This document shows positions 1-5,515 of a stretch of DNA of 9,019 nucleotides, piece after piece (positions within the stretch are counted from its first letter, which is position 1; every line of letters starts with the position of its first letter). The notes beneath the pieces are model-generated. The model searched no databases. It was not told the origin of the DNA and was given only the letters and a program-made list of their open reading frames with translations. This DNA is from Candidatus Caldarchaeales archaeon (GTDB taxonomy: Archaea > Thermoproteota > Nitrososphaeria_A > Caldarchaeales > Calditenuaceae), in the NCBI GenBank assembly GCA_039630085.1, contig JBCNVM010000022.1, positions 1 through 9,019 of the forward strand, in the 5' to 3' direction. The position numbers were made by a program, and so were the translations under genes.

Positions 1-2
1 AG

Positions 3-344
3 CCCGGGCTCCTGAGGCTCGAGGTTGCGTTACACGACCTGAAGATCTCGATCACCGACTTCCTTGGAATGCCGGTGCCGTTCGCGGAGGTCTCTGTGAG
101 AGGACAGAAAGAGAGTTCCGTGAGCGCTGACGCGTCTGGAGTGGCTGAGCTCAAAGCAATACCATACGGCCGGTATTCCATGAGGGTATCGTCGCTGTTT
201 GGAAATCTGGAGAAGGAGATCGAGGCGCCGGTCGATGGAGGCAGAATCAACCCGAGGATTCCCGTCTCGCCATACACGCTGGTCCTTTTGGCGGCGGCGA
301 GCGTCTCGATCCCAGCGGTGTTGAGGGGATGGAGAAGAGGATAA
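3..344 (+). CDS. C-terminal part of a cell-surface protein whose 5' end lies outside the window: a carboxypeptidase-regulatory-like (prealbumin-type) beta-sandwich repeat followed by a C-terminal hydrophobic anchor and a basic tail
   Basis: Frame 3 is open from the window edge (PGLLRLEVALHDLKISITDFLG MPVPF...), so the listed 69..344 ORF is only the Met-started tail. The pattern PVPFAEVSV....ADASGVAELKAIPYGRYSMRVS resembles CarboxypepD_reg-like repeats. The protein ends PYTLVLLAAASVSIPAVLRGWRRG* (TM helix plus Arg-rich tail). Codon usage matches the other genes. Confidence 0.6.
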   Translation, partial: PGLLRLEVALHDLKISITDFLGMPVPFAEVSVRGQKESSVSADASGVAELKAIPYGRYSMRVSSLFGNLEKEIEAPVDGGRINPRIPVSPYTLVLLAAASVSIPAVLRGWRRG

Positions 345-624
345 TCATCGCAGCGCTGTTGGGAGCCCTCGTCGGCCTAGGAATACTGGCCGTGATCCCT
401 CCGAATCTGGGCAGGACGACGGTGACTCTGACGGTGACGGCCACGCTGCACGGAGAGATACTGACAATAGTGAGGGGACGACGGAGTACGTCTACGCCGT
501 CAGGACCGTGACGGTCACCCCTCCGGCCGCCCAAGGGAGCGTCCTCGCCGTCCTCGGGTCGGTTTCGTATAACTGCACGTCGTCGGTACTGAGCCTCATT
601 AGGCAACGAGAGGGTCTCAGTTGA
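329..624 (+). pseudogene. Small N-terminally anchored Thr/Val-rich protein split by a frameshift at a G4 run (frame 2 for 329-475, frame 1 for 475-624)
   Basis: ATG 329 overlaps the upstream stop by 16 nt and has GAGGGG just upstream. Frame 2 reads MEKRIIIAALLGALVGLGILAVIPPNLGRTTVTLTVTATLHGEILTIVRG, then RRSTSTPSGP* (stop 509-511). Frame 1 from 475 reads GTTEYVYAVRTVTVTPPAAQGSVLAVLGSVSYNCTSSVLSLIRQREGLS* (stop 622-624), with the same composition and no start codon of its own. The switch point is GGGG at 474-477. Confidence 0.5.
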
Positions 625-870
625 TCCAGAAAAGGACATGCGGACATAGGGGATCGAGCTCGGAACTAGGAGGTTTGGAATATCACGGAAACCCGGTACC
701 CACAGCCCCAGACCTCATGTATAGAATTAACGTCACTAGGAACCGGATAACAGGGATGGTGAAAGACGGCTAATTGCGGGCCCCCTTAAGATCTCATACG
801 AAACTGAGAACGGGAAAAGGGGTAATGGTGACGAATATATGATACTCGAAGTTATGCTAAAACGATTGAC

Positions 871-1255
871 TCAACTGAAGACAGCAATCACATTATAATA
901 GTCGTTCATCGGGATTTCGATTGCATATCCTTGGACCCTTACGTCCTCTATCCACCGGTAGGTTGGGTTGCCGAAGTCGCCGAGCCTGACCACTAAGTTA
1001 GGCACGTAGCTGAGCTCGATAACTCTGTTGATACTCCGCCTAACGGTACAGCTCTCGCTAACAACCGTGTAAGACACACCGGTAAGATCTCTCGGTGGCT
1101 CGGCCTCGATCTTGAAAGTGGAACCACTGGAGTCCGGCCTGTACCCGTAGGCTCACGCGAGGGTCCAATTGGGCGCGGAGATCTTCCCGAAGTGAAGACT
1201 CTTGCTCCCGACCGCGACGATAACAATTCCTAAAGAGCAAGGAGATCGCCAACAT
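871..1255 (-). pseudogene. Decayed ORF in the low-GC island: hydrophobic N-terminus, one frame change, one in-frame TGA, then an intact 68-codon beta-rich tail
   Basis: ATG 1255 gives MLAISLLF. The adjacent frame continues GIVIVAVGSKSLHFGKISAPNWTLA, then TGA (1153-1155), then AYGYRPDSSGSTFKIEAEPPRDLTG, and then the listed 871..1077 ORF (GTG start) VSYTVVSESCTVRRSINRVIELSYVPNLVVRLGDFGNPTYRWIEDVRVQGYAIEIPMNDYYNVIAVFS*. The long frame has no start codon of its own upstream of the TGA. Confidence 0.35.
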
Positions 1256-1354
1256 CGCTAAAAGCCTCGGCGTGTCCGTCAGTTTTGGCTCCGGTGAAAA
1301 ATGTACCGCTTTATTCGGACTGATTGGTTAGAAGACTGACACTCATTCGGCATG

Positions 1355-1383
1355 TGTAAGGTCGTTTCCCTCTTTTCCTTACA
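1355..1383 (-). other. 7-bp hairpin (TGTAAGG / CCTTACA, 15-nt loop) about 25 nt downstream of the tRNA 3' end
   Basis: TGTAAGG at 1355-1361 is the reverse complement of CCTTACA at 1377-1383. Function unknown; it could be a transcript-end structure. The next T5 run on the minus strand is at 1297-1301. Confidence 0.3.
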
Positions 1384-1408
1384 TCGCGCTCTCTGCTCAC
1401 GGAATTTA

Positions 1409-1484
1409 TGCGGCCGGTGGGATTTGAACCCACGATTTCCGGGCCGGAGCCCCGGCGCCTTAGTCCTGGCTTGGCCACGGCCGC
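1409..1484 (-). tRNA. 76-nt tRNA gene, best read as tRNA-Gly(UCC)-like, with a non-canonical anticodon loop register
   Basis: Minus strand: GCGGCCG UG GCCA AGCCAGGACUA AGGC G CCGGG GCUCCGG CCCGG AAAUC GUGGG UUCAAAU CCCAC CGGCCGC A. It has a perfect 7-bp acceptor stem, a canonical T-arm and a perfect 5-bp anticodon stem. No CCA is encoded. G1-C72, C2-G71, G3-C70, A73 and C35/C36 fit a Gly-type tRNA, but the loop has G32 and C33 instead of Y32 and U33. Confidence 0.7.
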
Positions 1485-1502
1485 CGATAGTTTTATCATC
1501 CA

Positions 1503-1516
1503 CTTGGGATATAAAC
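1503..1516 (-). promoter_or_regulatory. TATA-box promoter of the tRNA at 1409-1484 (GTTTATATCCCAAG)
   Basis: On the minus strand the TTTATA hexamer is followed by exactly 25 nt before tRNA position G1 (1484). The 14-nt box is identical to the one at 1719-1732. Confidence 0.65.
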
Positions 1517-1608
1517 CTACGGACTAAGCGCCGAGCAGTGGTCTGCTACATGCAGACAAGGGGTTTTAAGGTTAAACAAAAGCATGGAGTAGACTTATGC
1601 ATCAGGTG

Positions 1609-1648
1609 AACTGATTGACTATCTTAAGGAAAAATAGTAAGATCAGTT
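1609..1648 (-). terminator. Interrupted palindrome plus T5 run that ends the tRNA-fragment unit
   Basis: AACTGAT (1609-1615) pairs with ATCAGTT (1642-1648), and ACTAT (1618-1622) pairs with ATAGT (1634-1638). The minus-strand RNA reads AACUGAUCUUACUAUUUUUCCUUAAGAUAGUCAAUCAGUU, with U5 from 1630-1634. Oligo-T tracts are the usual archaeal termination signal. Confidence 0.45.
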
Positions 1649-1700
1649 GGTTTACGGACCAGAACCCCTGCCGTCCTAGTCCAGGCTAGACGACGGCCGC
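1649..1700 (-). ncRNA. Orphan tRNA 5' fragment (Gly-type acceptor 5' strand, D-arm, degenerate anticodon region) with no T-arm and no 3' acceptor strand
   Basis: Minus strand: GCGGCCG UC GUCU AGCCUGGACUA GGAC GGCAGGGGUUCUGGUCCGUAAACC. It is colinear with the first ~52 nt of the tRNA at 1409-1484 (identical GCGGCCGU, near-identical D-loop, one 1-nt indel). Similarity ends at 1649. Confidence 0.55.
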
Positions 1701-1718
1701 CTTCGTGTTCTTCACCTG

Positions 1719-1732
1719 CTTGGGATATAAAC
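1719..1732 (-). promoter_or_regulatory. Second copy of the GTTTATATCCCAAG promoter box, in front of the tRNA 5' fragment
   Basis: 14/14 identical to 1503-1516. The spacing is the same: 25 nt between TTTATA and G1 at 1700. Confidence 0.6.
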
Positions 1733-1800
1733 TTCCGCGCGAGGCGGCCCATCGATCGGTGCTCCGCGCGGACCCCCGGGCCCGAGAAGTGGGGCGAGAG

Positions 1801-1808
1801 CTTATTGG
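1801..1808 (+). promoter_or_regulatory. Possible TATA-like box (CTTATTGG) for rps26e
   Basis: This is the only A/T-rich element in the GC-rich stretch upstream. It lies about 36 nt before TTG 1840. A GGGTGAG Shine-Dalgarno-like sequence sits at 1829-1835. Confidence 0.3.
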
Positions 1809-1839
1809 GAGGCGCGGACCTGTGCAGTGGGTGAGCTGA

Positions 1840-2124
1840 TTGCCAGCCAAGAGGAAGAACAGGGGAAGGGCAAAGGGCCAGAAGGGCTCCGAGCCGATGA
1901 TTCAGTGCGACAACTGCGGCGCCTTCGTCCCGAGGAGCAAGATCCAGCGGATCACGAGGAGGGTCTCGCTGGTAAGAGGCGACCTCGCGAGGGAGCTGAA
2001 GTCGATGGGCGCTTACATCGCGGAGAACGTCATCACCGAGAACCTCTGCATCTCCTGCGCGATCCACTACGGTGTCCTCAAGGTCAGGGCGAGGGAGGAG
2101 AGGAAGCCGACGGAGTTCGTCTGA
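1840..2124 (+). CDS. rps26e: 30S ribosomal protein S26e
   Basis: MPAKRKNRGRAKGQKGSEPMIQCDNCGAFVP...CISCAIHYGVLKVRAREERK matches the conserved S26e N-terminus and its CxxC...CxxC pattern. The start is TTG, with an in-frame TGA immediately upstream (1837-1839). Confidence 0.9.
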   Translation: MPAKRKNRGRAKGQKGSEPMIQCDNCGAFVPRSKIQRITRRVSLVRGDLARELKSMGAYIAENVITENLCISCAIHYGVLKVRAREERKPTEFV

Positions 2125-2131
2125 GCGGGGC

Positions 2132-2704
2132 TCAGCCGGCCTGGACGGAACTCCTTATCCTGTCCAGGACCTCCTCGAAGTGCTCGGACAGGTTCCTCAG
2201 CGTCTCCAGGTCAGAGGCGCTGAACCTCTTCGCCGCATCCGCTCCCAAGGACTCCGCGTACTCCGCGAGGACCTCCCCGCGGATCCTCGACTCGTCGGGG
2301 AAGACCTCCTCGGAAGCCGGTATCGAGAGCCCGGCGTCGATCGCGCCCTTCACGACCGCGAAGACCCTCGCCCCCTTCGAAGGCGTCCTCATCCCTATGT
2401 CGGCTATCGCCTCCGAGTAGCCCTTGGACCTCGCGATCAGCCCCGCGAGGTAACCGGTGAGGTAGGCGGCCGGAGTGCTCTTCAGACCCGCCCTCCAGCC
2501 GAACCTCCTGAGCGCCGCGGAGTTCACCGTGAAGACGGTCAGGTCGCCTCCGGCCCTTGACTGCACCAGCTGGACGATCACGTGCCTGTTGGTCCTCCTC
2601 ACGACGAGCCTCGGCCTGCCGGACTTGACCATCTTGTACCTCGCCCTGTAGTCCGTCACTCCCTCCCTTCTCCTCCTCGGAGGCCTCCGCTTCAGCTCGA
2701 TCAA
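2132..2704 (-). CDS. rpl18: 50S ribosomal protein L18P (L5e family)
   Basis: The N-terminal RRRREGVTDYRARYKMV motif and overall layout are typical of archaeal L18. TTG is the only start codon between the in-frame stop (2741-2743) and that motif. A GGGGTGA Shine-Dalgarno sequence lies 7-8 nt upstream. The gene starts 7 nt after the rpl19e stop. Confidence 0.9.
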   Translation of the reverse strand: MIELKRRPPRRRREGVTDYRARYKMVKSGRPRLVVRRTNRHVIVQLVQSRAGGDLTVFTVNSAALRRFGWRAGLKSTPAAYLTGYLAGLIARSKGYSEAIADIGMRTPSKGARVFAVVKGAIDAGLSIPASEEVFPDESRIRGEVLAEYAESLGADAAKRFSASDLETLRNLSEHFEEVLDRIRSSVQAG

Positions 2705-2711
2705 CGCGCGC

Positions 2712-3128
2712 TCACCCCCTCTCGAGCTTACCCATCTCGATCAGGAGGTTCCTGATGTCCGCGACGGACTTGAACCGGCCTGCCTTCGCCTGGAGGTAGA
2801 GCTTCCTGTAGGTGCTCCTGTCGATGATCCCGGAGTCCCTGAGCCTCTTCAGGTACCTCCTCTGAGCCCTGACCCGCATCGCCCACCTCTCCTTCCTCGT
2901 GAGGACCGAGTACTTCCCTCCCTTCCTGACCCTGCCCTCCTTGACCCTGAGCCGCGTCTGGCCCTCGACCGGTGCAGCGTAGATCGCGCCCTCCTCGATC
3001 AGCGCCCTCACGTCCTCCCTCGTGATCGCGTCCTCGACGTCCTCGAGCCTCTCGGGGTCGAACCTCACCCTGTTCTCGCCCACCCCCAGCAGGTCCGCCG
3101 CGAGCCTCCTCTGGAGCCTCAGCTGCAT
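2712..3128 (-). CDS. rpl19e: 50S ribosomal protein L19e
   Basis: MQLRLQRRLAADLLGVGENRVRFDPERLEDVEDAITREDVRALIEEGAI is the conserved L19e N-terminus. ATG start. Confidence 0.92.
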   Translation of the reverse strand: MQLRLQRRLAADLLGVGENRVRFDPERLEDVEDAITREDVRALIEEGAIYAAPVEGQTRLRVKEGRVRKGGKYSVLTRKERWAMRVRAQRRYLKRLRDSGIIDRSTYRKLYLQAKAGRFKSVADIRNLLIEMGKLERG

Positions 3129-3156
3129 CTCCTTCCCCGCCAGAGCCCGCTCCCTT

Positions 3157-3165
3157 CTCTTATAC
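3157..3165 (-). promoter_or_regulatory. TATA box (GTATAAGAG) for rpl19e-rpl18
   Basis: About 33 nt upstream of ATG 3128, which implies a leader of only a few nt. GGAG lies directly before the ATG. Confidence 0.5.
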
Positions 3166-3261
3166 GTAGCGAGCCCGCCCGCCTCGAGGCCCCGCGGCCC
3201 GGATCACCGTCACCGACCGCAGCCGAGGGGCGCGAAGTTCCACTCTCTGGAAGGGCAAGGA

Positions 3262-3268
3262 CTATATT
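3262..3268 (+). promoter_or_regulatory. TATA box (CTATATT) for the galU-like gene, leaderless-type spacing
   Basis: The box centre is 26 nt upstream of ATG 3291, in an otherwise GC-rich divergent intergenic region. Confidence 0.5.
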
Positions 3269-3290
3269 CGGTCCGGGACCTGCGACGCCG

Positions 3291-4151
3291 ATGATCAGGA
3301 AGGCGGTGATCACAGCTGCAGGCCTGGGGACGAGGCTGATCCCCTCGACGAAGGAGATGCCGAAGGAGATGCTCCCGATCTACGCCAGGGGCGAGTCCGG
3401 CCCCGTCCTCAAGCCCCTCCTCCAGGTCCTCTTCGAGAAGCTCTTCGACTTCGGGATAAGGGAGTTCTGCTTCGTCGTCGGCAGGGGGAAGAGGGCGATC
3501 GAGGACCACTTCACCCCCGACTGGGAGTTCGTCGAGAGGTTGGAGTCGATGGGGAAGGCGGGGCAGGCGGCCGAGCTGAGGAGGTTCTACGCGATGCTCG
3601 AGAAGTCGGTCACGGTCTGGGTGAACCAGCCCGCACCCCGAGGGTTCGGCGACGCGGTCCTGAGGTCCCGGCCGTTCGTCAACGAGGAGTTCCTCCTCTG
3701 CGCTGGCGACACCTACGTCCACTCGCCCGACAACGGGTTCCTCAGGTCGCTCGAGGCCCTCAGGGCAGACCAATCGTGTGACGCTGCGCTCCTCCTCAAG
3801 TCGGTAGAGGACCCGAGGAGGTTCGGCGTCGCCGTGGTCGAGGACGGCTCCGCCGGCAGGCTGAAGGTCCTGAGGGTGGTCGAGAAGCCCTCGGTTCCCC
3901 CCAGCGACCTCGCCATCCTCCCCTTCTACGTCTTCACGCCGGAGGTCTTCGACGCCCTCGGGTCGATCGGGCCCGGCCACGGCGGAGAGGTGCAGCTGAC
4001 CGACGCGATCCAGCTCCTGATCGAGAGGAGGAGGTCCGTGATGGCCGTCAGGCTCCCCGAGTCCGACGTCTGGCTCGACGTCGGCACTCCCGAGTCCTAC
4101 TTCGAGGCAGTCAGGGTCTCCTACGCGATCGCTGCCGGTGCTGCGCGTTGA
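3291..4151 (+). CDS. galU: UTP-glucose-1-phosphate uridylyltransferase-like sugar-1-phosphate nucleotidyltransferase
   Basis: The N-terminal KAVITAAGLGTRLIPSTKEMPKEMLPI is the GalU-type nucleotide-binding signature; the KEMLP element distinguishes it from RmlA-type enzymes. 286 aa. Confidence 0.8.
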   Translation: MIRKAVITAAGLGTRLIPSTKEMPKEMLPIYARGESGPVLKPLLQVLFEKLFDFGIREFCFVVGRGKRAIEDHFTPDWEFVERLESMGKAGQAAELRRFYAMLEKSVTVWVNQPAPRGFGDAVLRSRPFVNEEFLLCAGDTYVHSPDNGFLRSLEALRADQSCDAALLLKSVEDPRRFGVAVVEDGSAGRLKVLRVVEKPSVPPSDLAILPFYVFTPEVFDALGSIGPGHGGEVQLTDAIQLLIERRRSVMAVRLPESDVWLDVGTPESYFEAVRVSYAIAAGAAR

Positions 4152-5512
4152 GCGGGGCCTCGGGCTCCATCGACGTCACGAGGGTCTCGGTCGTCGGGCT
4201 CGGGTACGTCGGCCTCACGGTCGCCGCGGTCCTCGCCTCGAGGGGCTTCAGGGTCAAGGGGATAGATGTCGACCGGGAGAGGGTCTCGGCGGTCTCCTCC
4301 GGGAGGTGTCCCTTCCACGAGCCGGGGCTCGACAGGCTGGTCAGGAGGTCGGTCTCGAGGGGGACGCTCTCGGCCACGACCGACTACGGCGCGGTCAGGG
4401 AGACGTCGGTCACCTTCGTCACCGTCGGTACTCCCAGCAACTCCGACGGAAGCATCGACCTCAGGTACGTCAGGGAGGCGAGCAGGTCGATCGGCGAGGC
4501 GCTGCGCGGAAAGCCCGACGGCCACTTGGTCGTCGTGAAGAGCACGGTCGTCCCCGGGACCACGGGCAAGGTGGTCGTCCCGGCGCTCGAGTCCTCGAGC
4601 GGGAAGAGGGTCGGAGAGGGGCTCTTCGTCTGCGTCAACCCCGAGTTCCTGAGAGAGGGGTCCGCGGTCAGGGACATGCTCGAGCCCGACAGGATCGTCC
4701 TCGGAGACGCGGGTGACGGGTCCTCGGACATCCTCCTGAAGCTCTACAGGAGGCTCTACCGGAGGAGGATGCCGCAGGTCCTGAAGACGAATTACGTTAA
4801 CGCCGAGCTGATAAAATACGCGAACAACGTATTCCTCGCGGCTAGGGTCAGCCTGATCAACGAGCTCGCAAACCTCTGCCAGCTCATCCCCGGAGCGGAC
4901 GTGAAGGTCGTCGCCGAGGGGATCGGGCTCGACGAACGGATAGGCCCTCACTTCCTCAGGGCCGGGATAGGGTTCGGAGGGAGCTGCTTCCCGAAGGACC
5001 TCAGGGCGATAGTCGCGCTCTCGAGGGAGCTCGGGCACGATCCCAAGATCATGAGGTCGGTCTACGAGGTGAACGCGCTCCAGCCCTCGGTGGTCGTCGG
5101 GATGGCGGAGGAGCTCCTCGGAGAGCTCAGGGGGAAGAGGGTCGCGGTCCTGGGACTGGCCTTCAAGCCGAACACCGACGACGTCAGGGAGTCCCCGGCG
5201 CTGAAGCTCGTGAGGCTCTTCGCGGAGAGGGGCGCGGAGGTCAGGGCCTACGACCCGGCCGCCGGGGAGAACGCGAGGAGGGAGCTCGGGGGCGCGGCGG
5301 AGGTGGTGGGCTCGGTGGAGGAGTGCCTGAAGGGCGCGGACCTCTGCGTCCTCGCCACCGAGTGGGACCAGTTCAGGTCGCTCAGGCCCGAGGACTTCGC
5401 TTCTCTGATGAGGGAGCCCGCGCTGATAGACGGCAGGAGGGTCTACGACCCGAGGGAGTTCTCCGGGAAGGTAAGGTTCAGGGCGATCGGTCTCGGGCCC
5501 TCTGAAAGGTGA
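4148..5512 (+). CDS. ugd: UDP-glucose 6-dehydrogenase family nucleotide-sugar dehydrogenase
   Basis: Contains a VVGLGYVGL Rossmann motif, the GFGGSCFPKD catalytic-Cys motif and LGLAFKPNTDDVRESP. The TTG start overlaps the galU stop (TTGA at 4148-4151). No other start codon precedes the Rossmann motif. Confidence 0.88.
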   Translation: MSGASGSIDVTRVSVVGLGYVGLTVAAVLASRGFRVKGIDVDRERVSAVSSGRCPFHEPGLDRLVRRSVSRGTLSATTDYGAVRETSVTFVTVGTPSNSDGSIDLRYVREASRSIGEALRGKPDGHLVVVKSTVVPGTTGKVVVPALESSSGKRVGEGLFVCVNPEFLREGSAVRDMLEPDRIVLGDAGDGSSDILLKLYRRLYRRRMPQVLKTNYVNAELIKYANNVFLAARVSLINELANLCQLIPGADVKVVAEGIGLDERIGPHFLRAGIGFGGSCFPKDLRAIVALSRELGHDPKIMRSVYEVNALQPSVVVGMAEELLGELRGKRVAVLGLAFKPNTDDVRESPALKLVRLFAERGAEVRAYDPAAGENARRELGGAAEVVGSVEECLKGADLCVLATEWDQFRSLRPEDFASLMREPALIDGRRVYDPREFSGKVRFRAIGLGPSER

Positions 5513-5515
5513 GCC

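Noticed and set aside
470-480. Programmed -1 ribosomal frameshift at A GGG GAC as the explanation for the split gene at 329-624
   Set aside because: There is no X XXY YYZ slippery heptamer, and I could not see an obvious downstream pseudoknot or hairpin. A homopolymer indel, whether a mutation or a sequencing error, is the simpler explanation.
664-700. Weak resemblance of AGGTTTGGAATATCACGGAAACCCGG to the tRNA T-arm side (GGATTTGAACCCACGATTTCCGGG), as a possible distal att repeat bounding the island
   Set aside because: Only scattered identities remain, with indels and no exact core of 10 nt or more. It cannot be told from chance by eye, so it is kept only as something a local alignment could re-test.
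835-890. Possible C/D-box sRNA (ATGATAC ... CTGA about 45 nt apart) in the low-GC island
   Set aside because: The C box deviates from RUGAUGA. There is no convincing C'/D' pair and no terminal stem. AT-rich sequence produces such near-matches easily.
993-1255. ORFs 993..1226(-) and 1058..1255(-) as independent genes
   Set aside because: Beyond the first eight hydrophobic residues of 1058..1255, both are Arg/Ser/Pro-rich out-of-frame readings of the decayed ORF described at 871-1255.
1279-1609. ORFs 1279..1503(-), 1311..1499(-) and 1352..1609(+) as protein genes
   Set aside because: They are built on the tRNA gene, its promoter and low-complexity spacer. They have no coding-like composition and no start context.
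3210-3980. Long ORFs antisense to or out of frame with the confident genes: 3210..3980(-), 4121..5038(-), 4138..4716(+), 5654..6307(+), 1624..2067(-), 1827..2420(+), 2072..2560(+), 247..639(-), 8184..8882(-), 7892..8251(-)
   Set aside because: Their translations are Arg/Pro/Gly/Asp-rich and low in complexity, and they have no motifs. Each overlaps a gene with clear family signatures. Shadow ORFs like these are expected in GC-rich DNA with GC3-biased codons.
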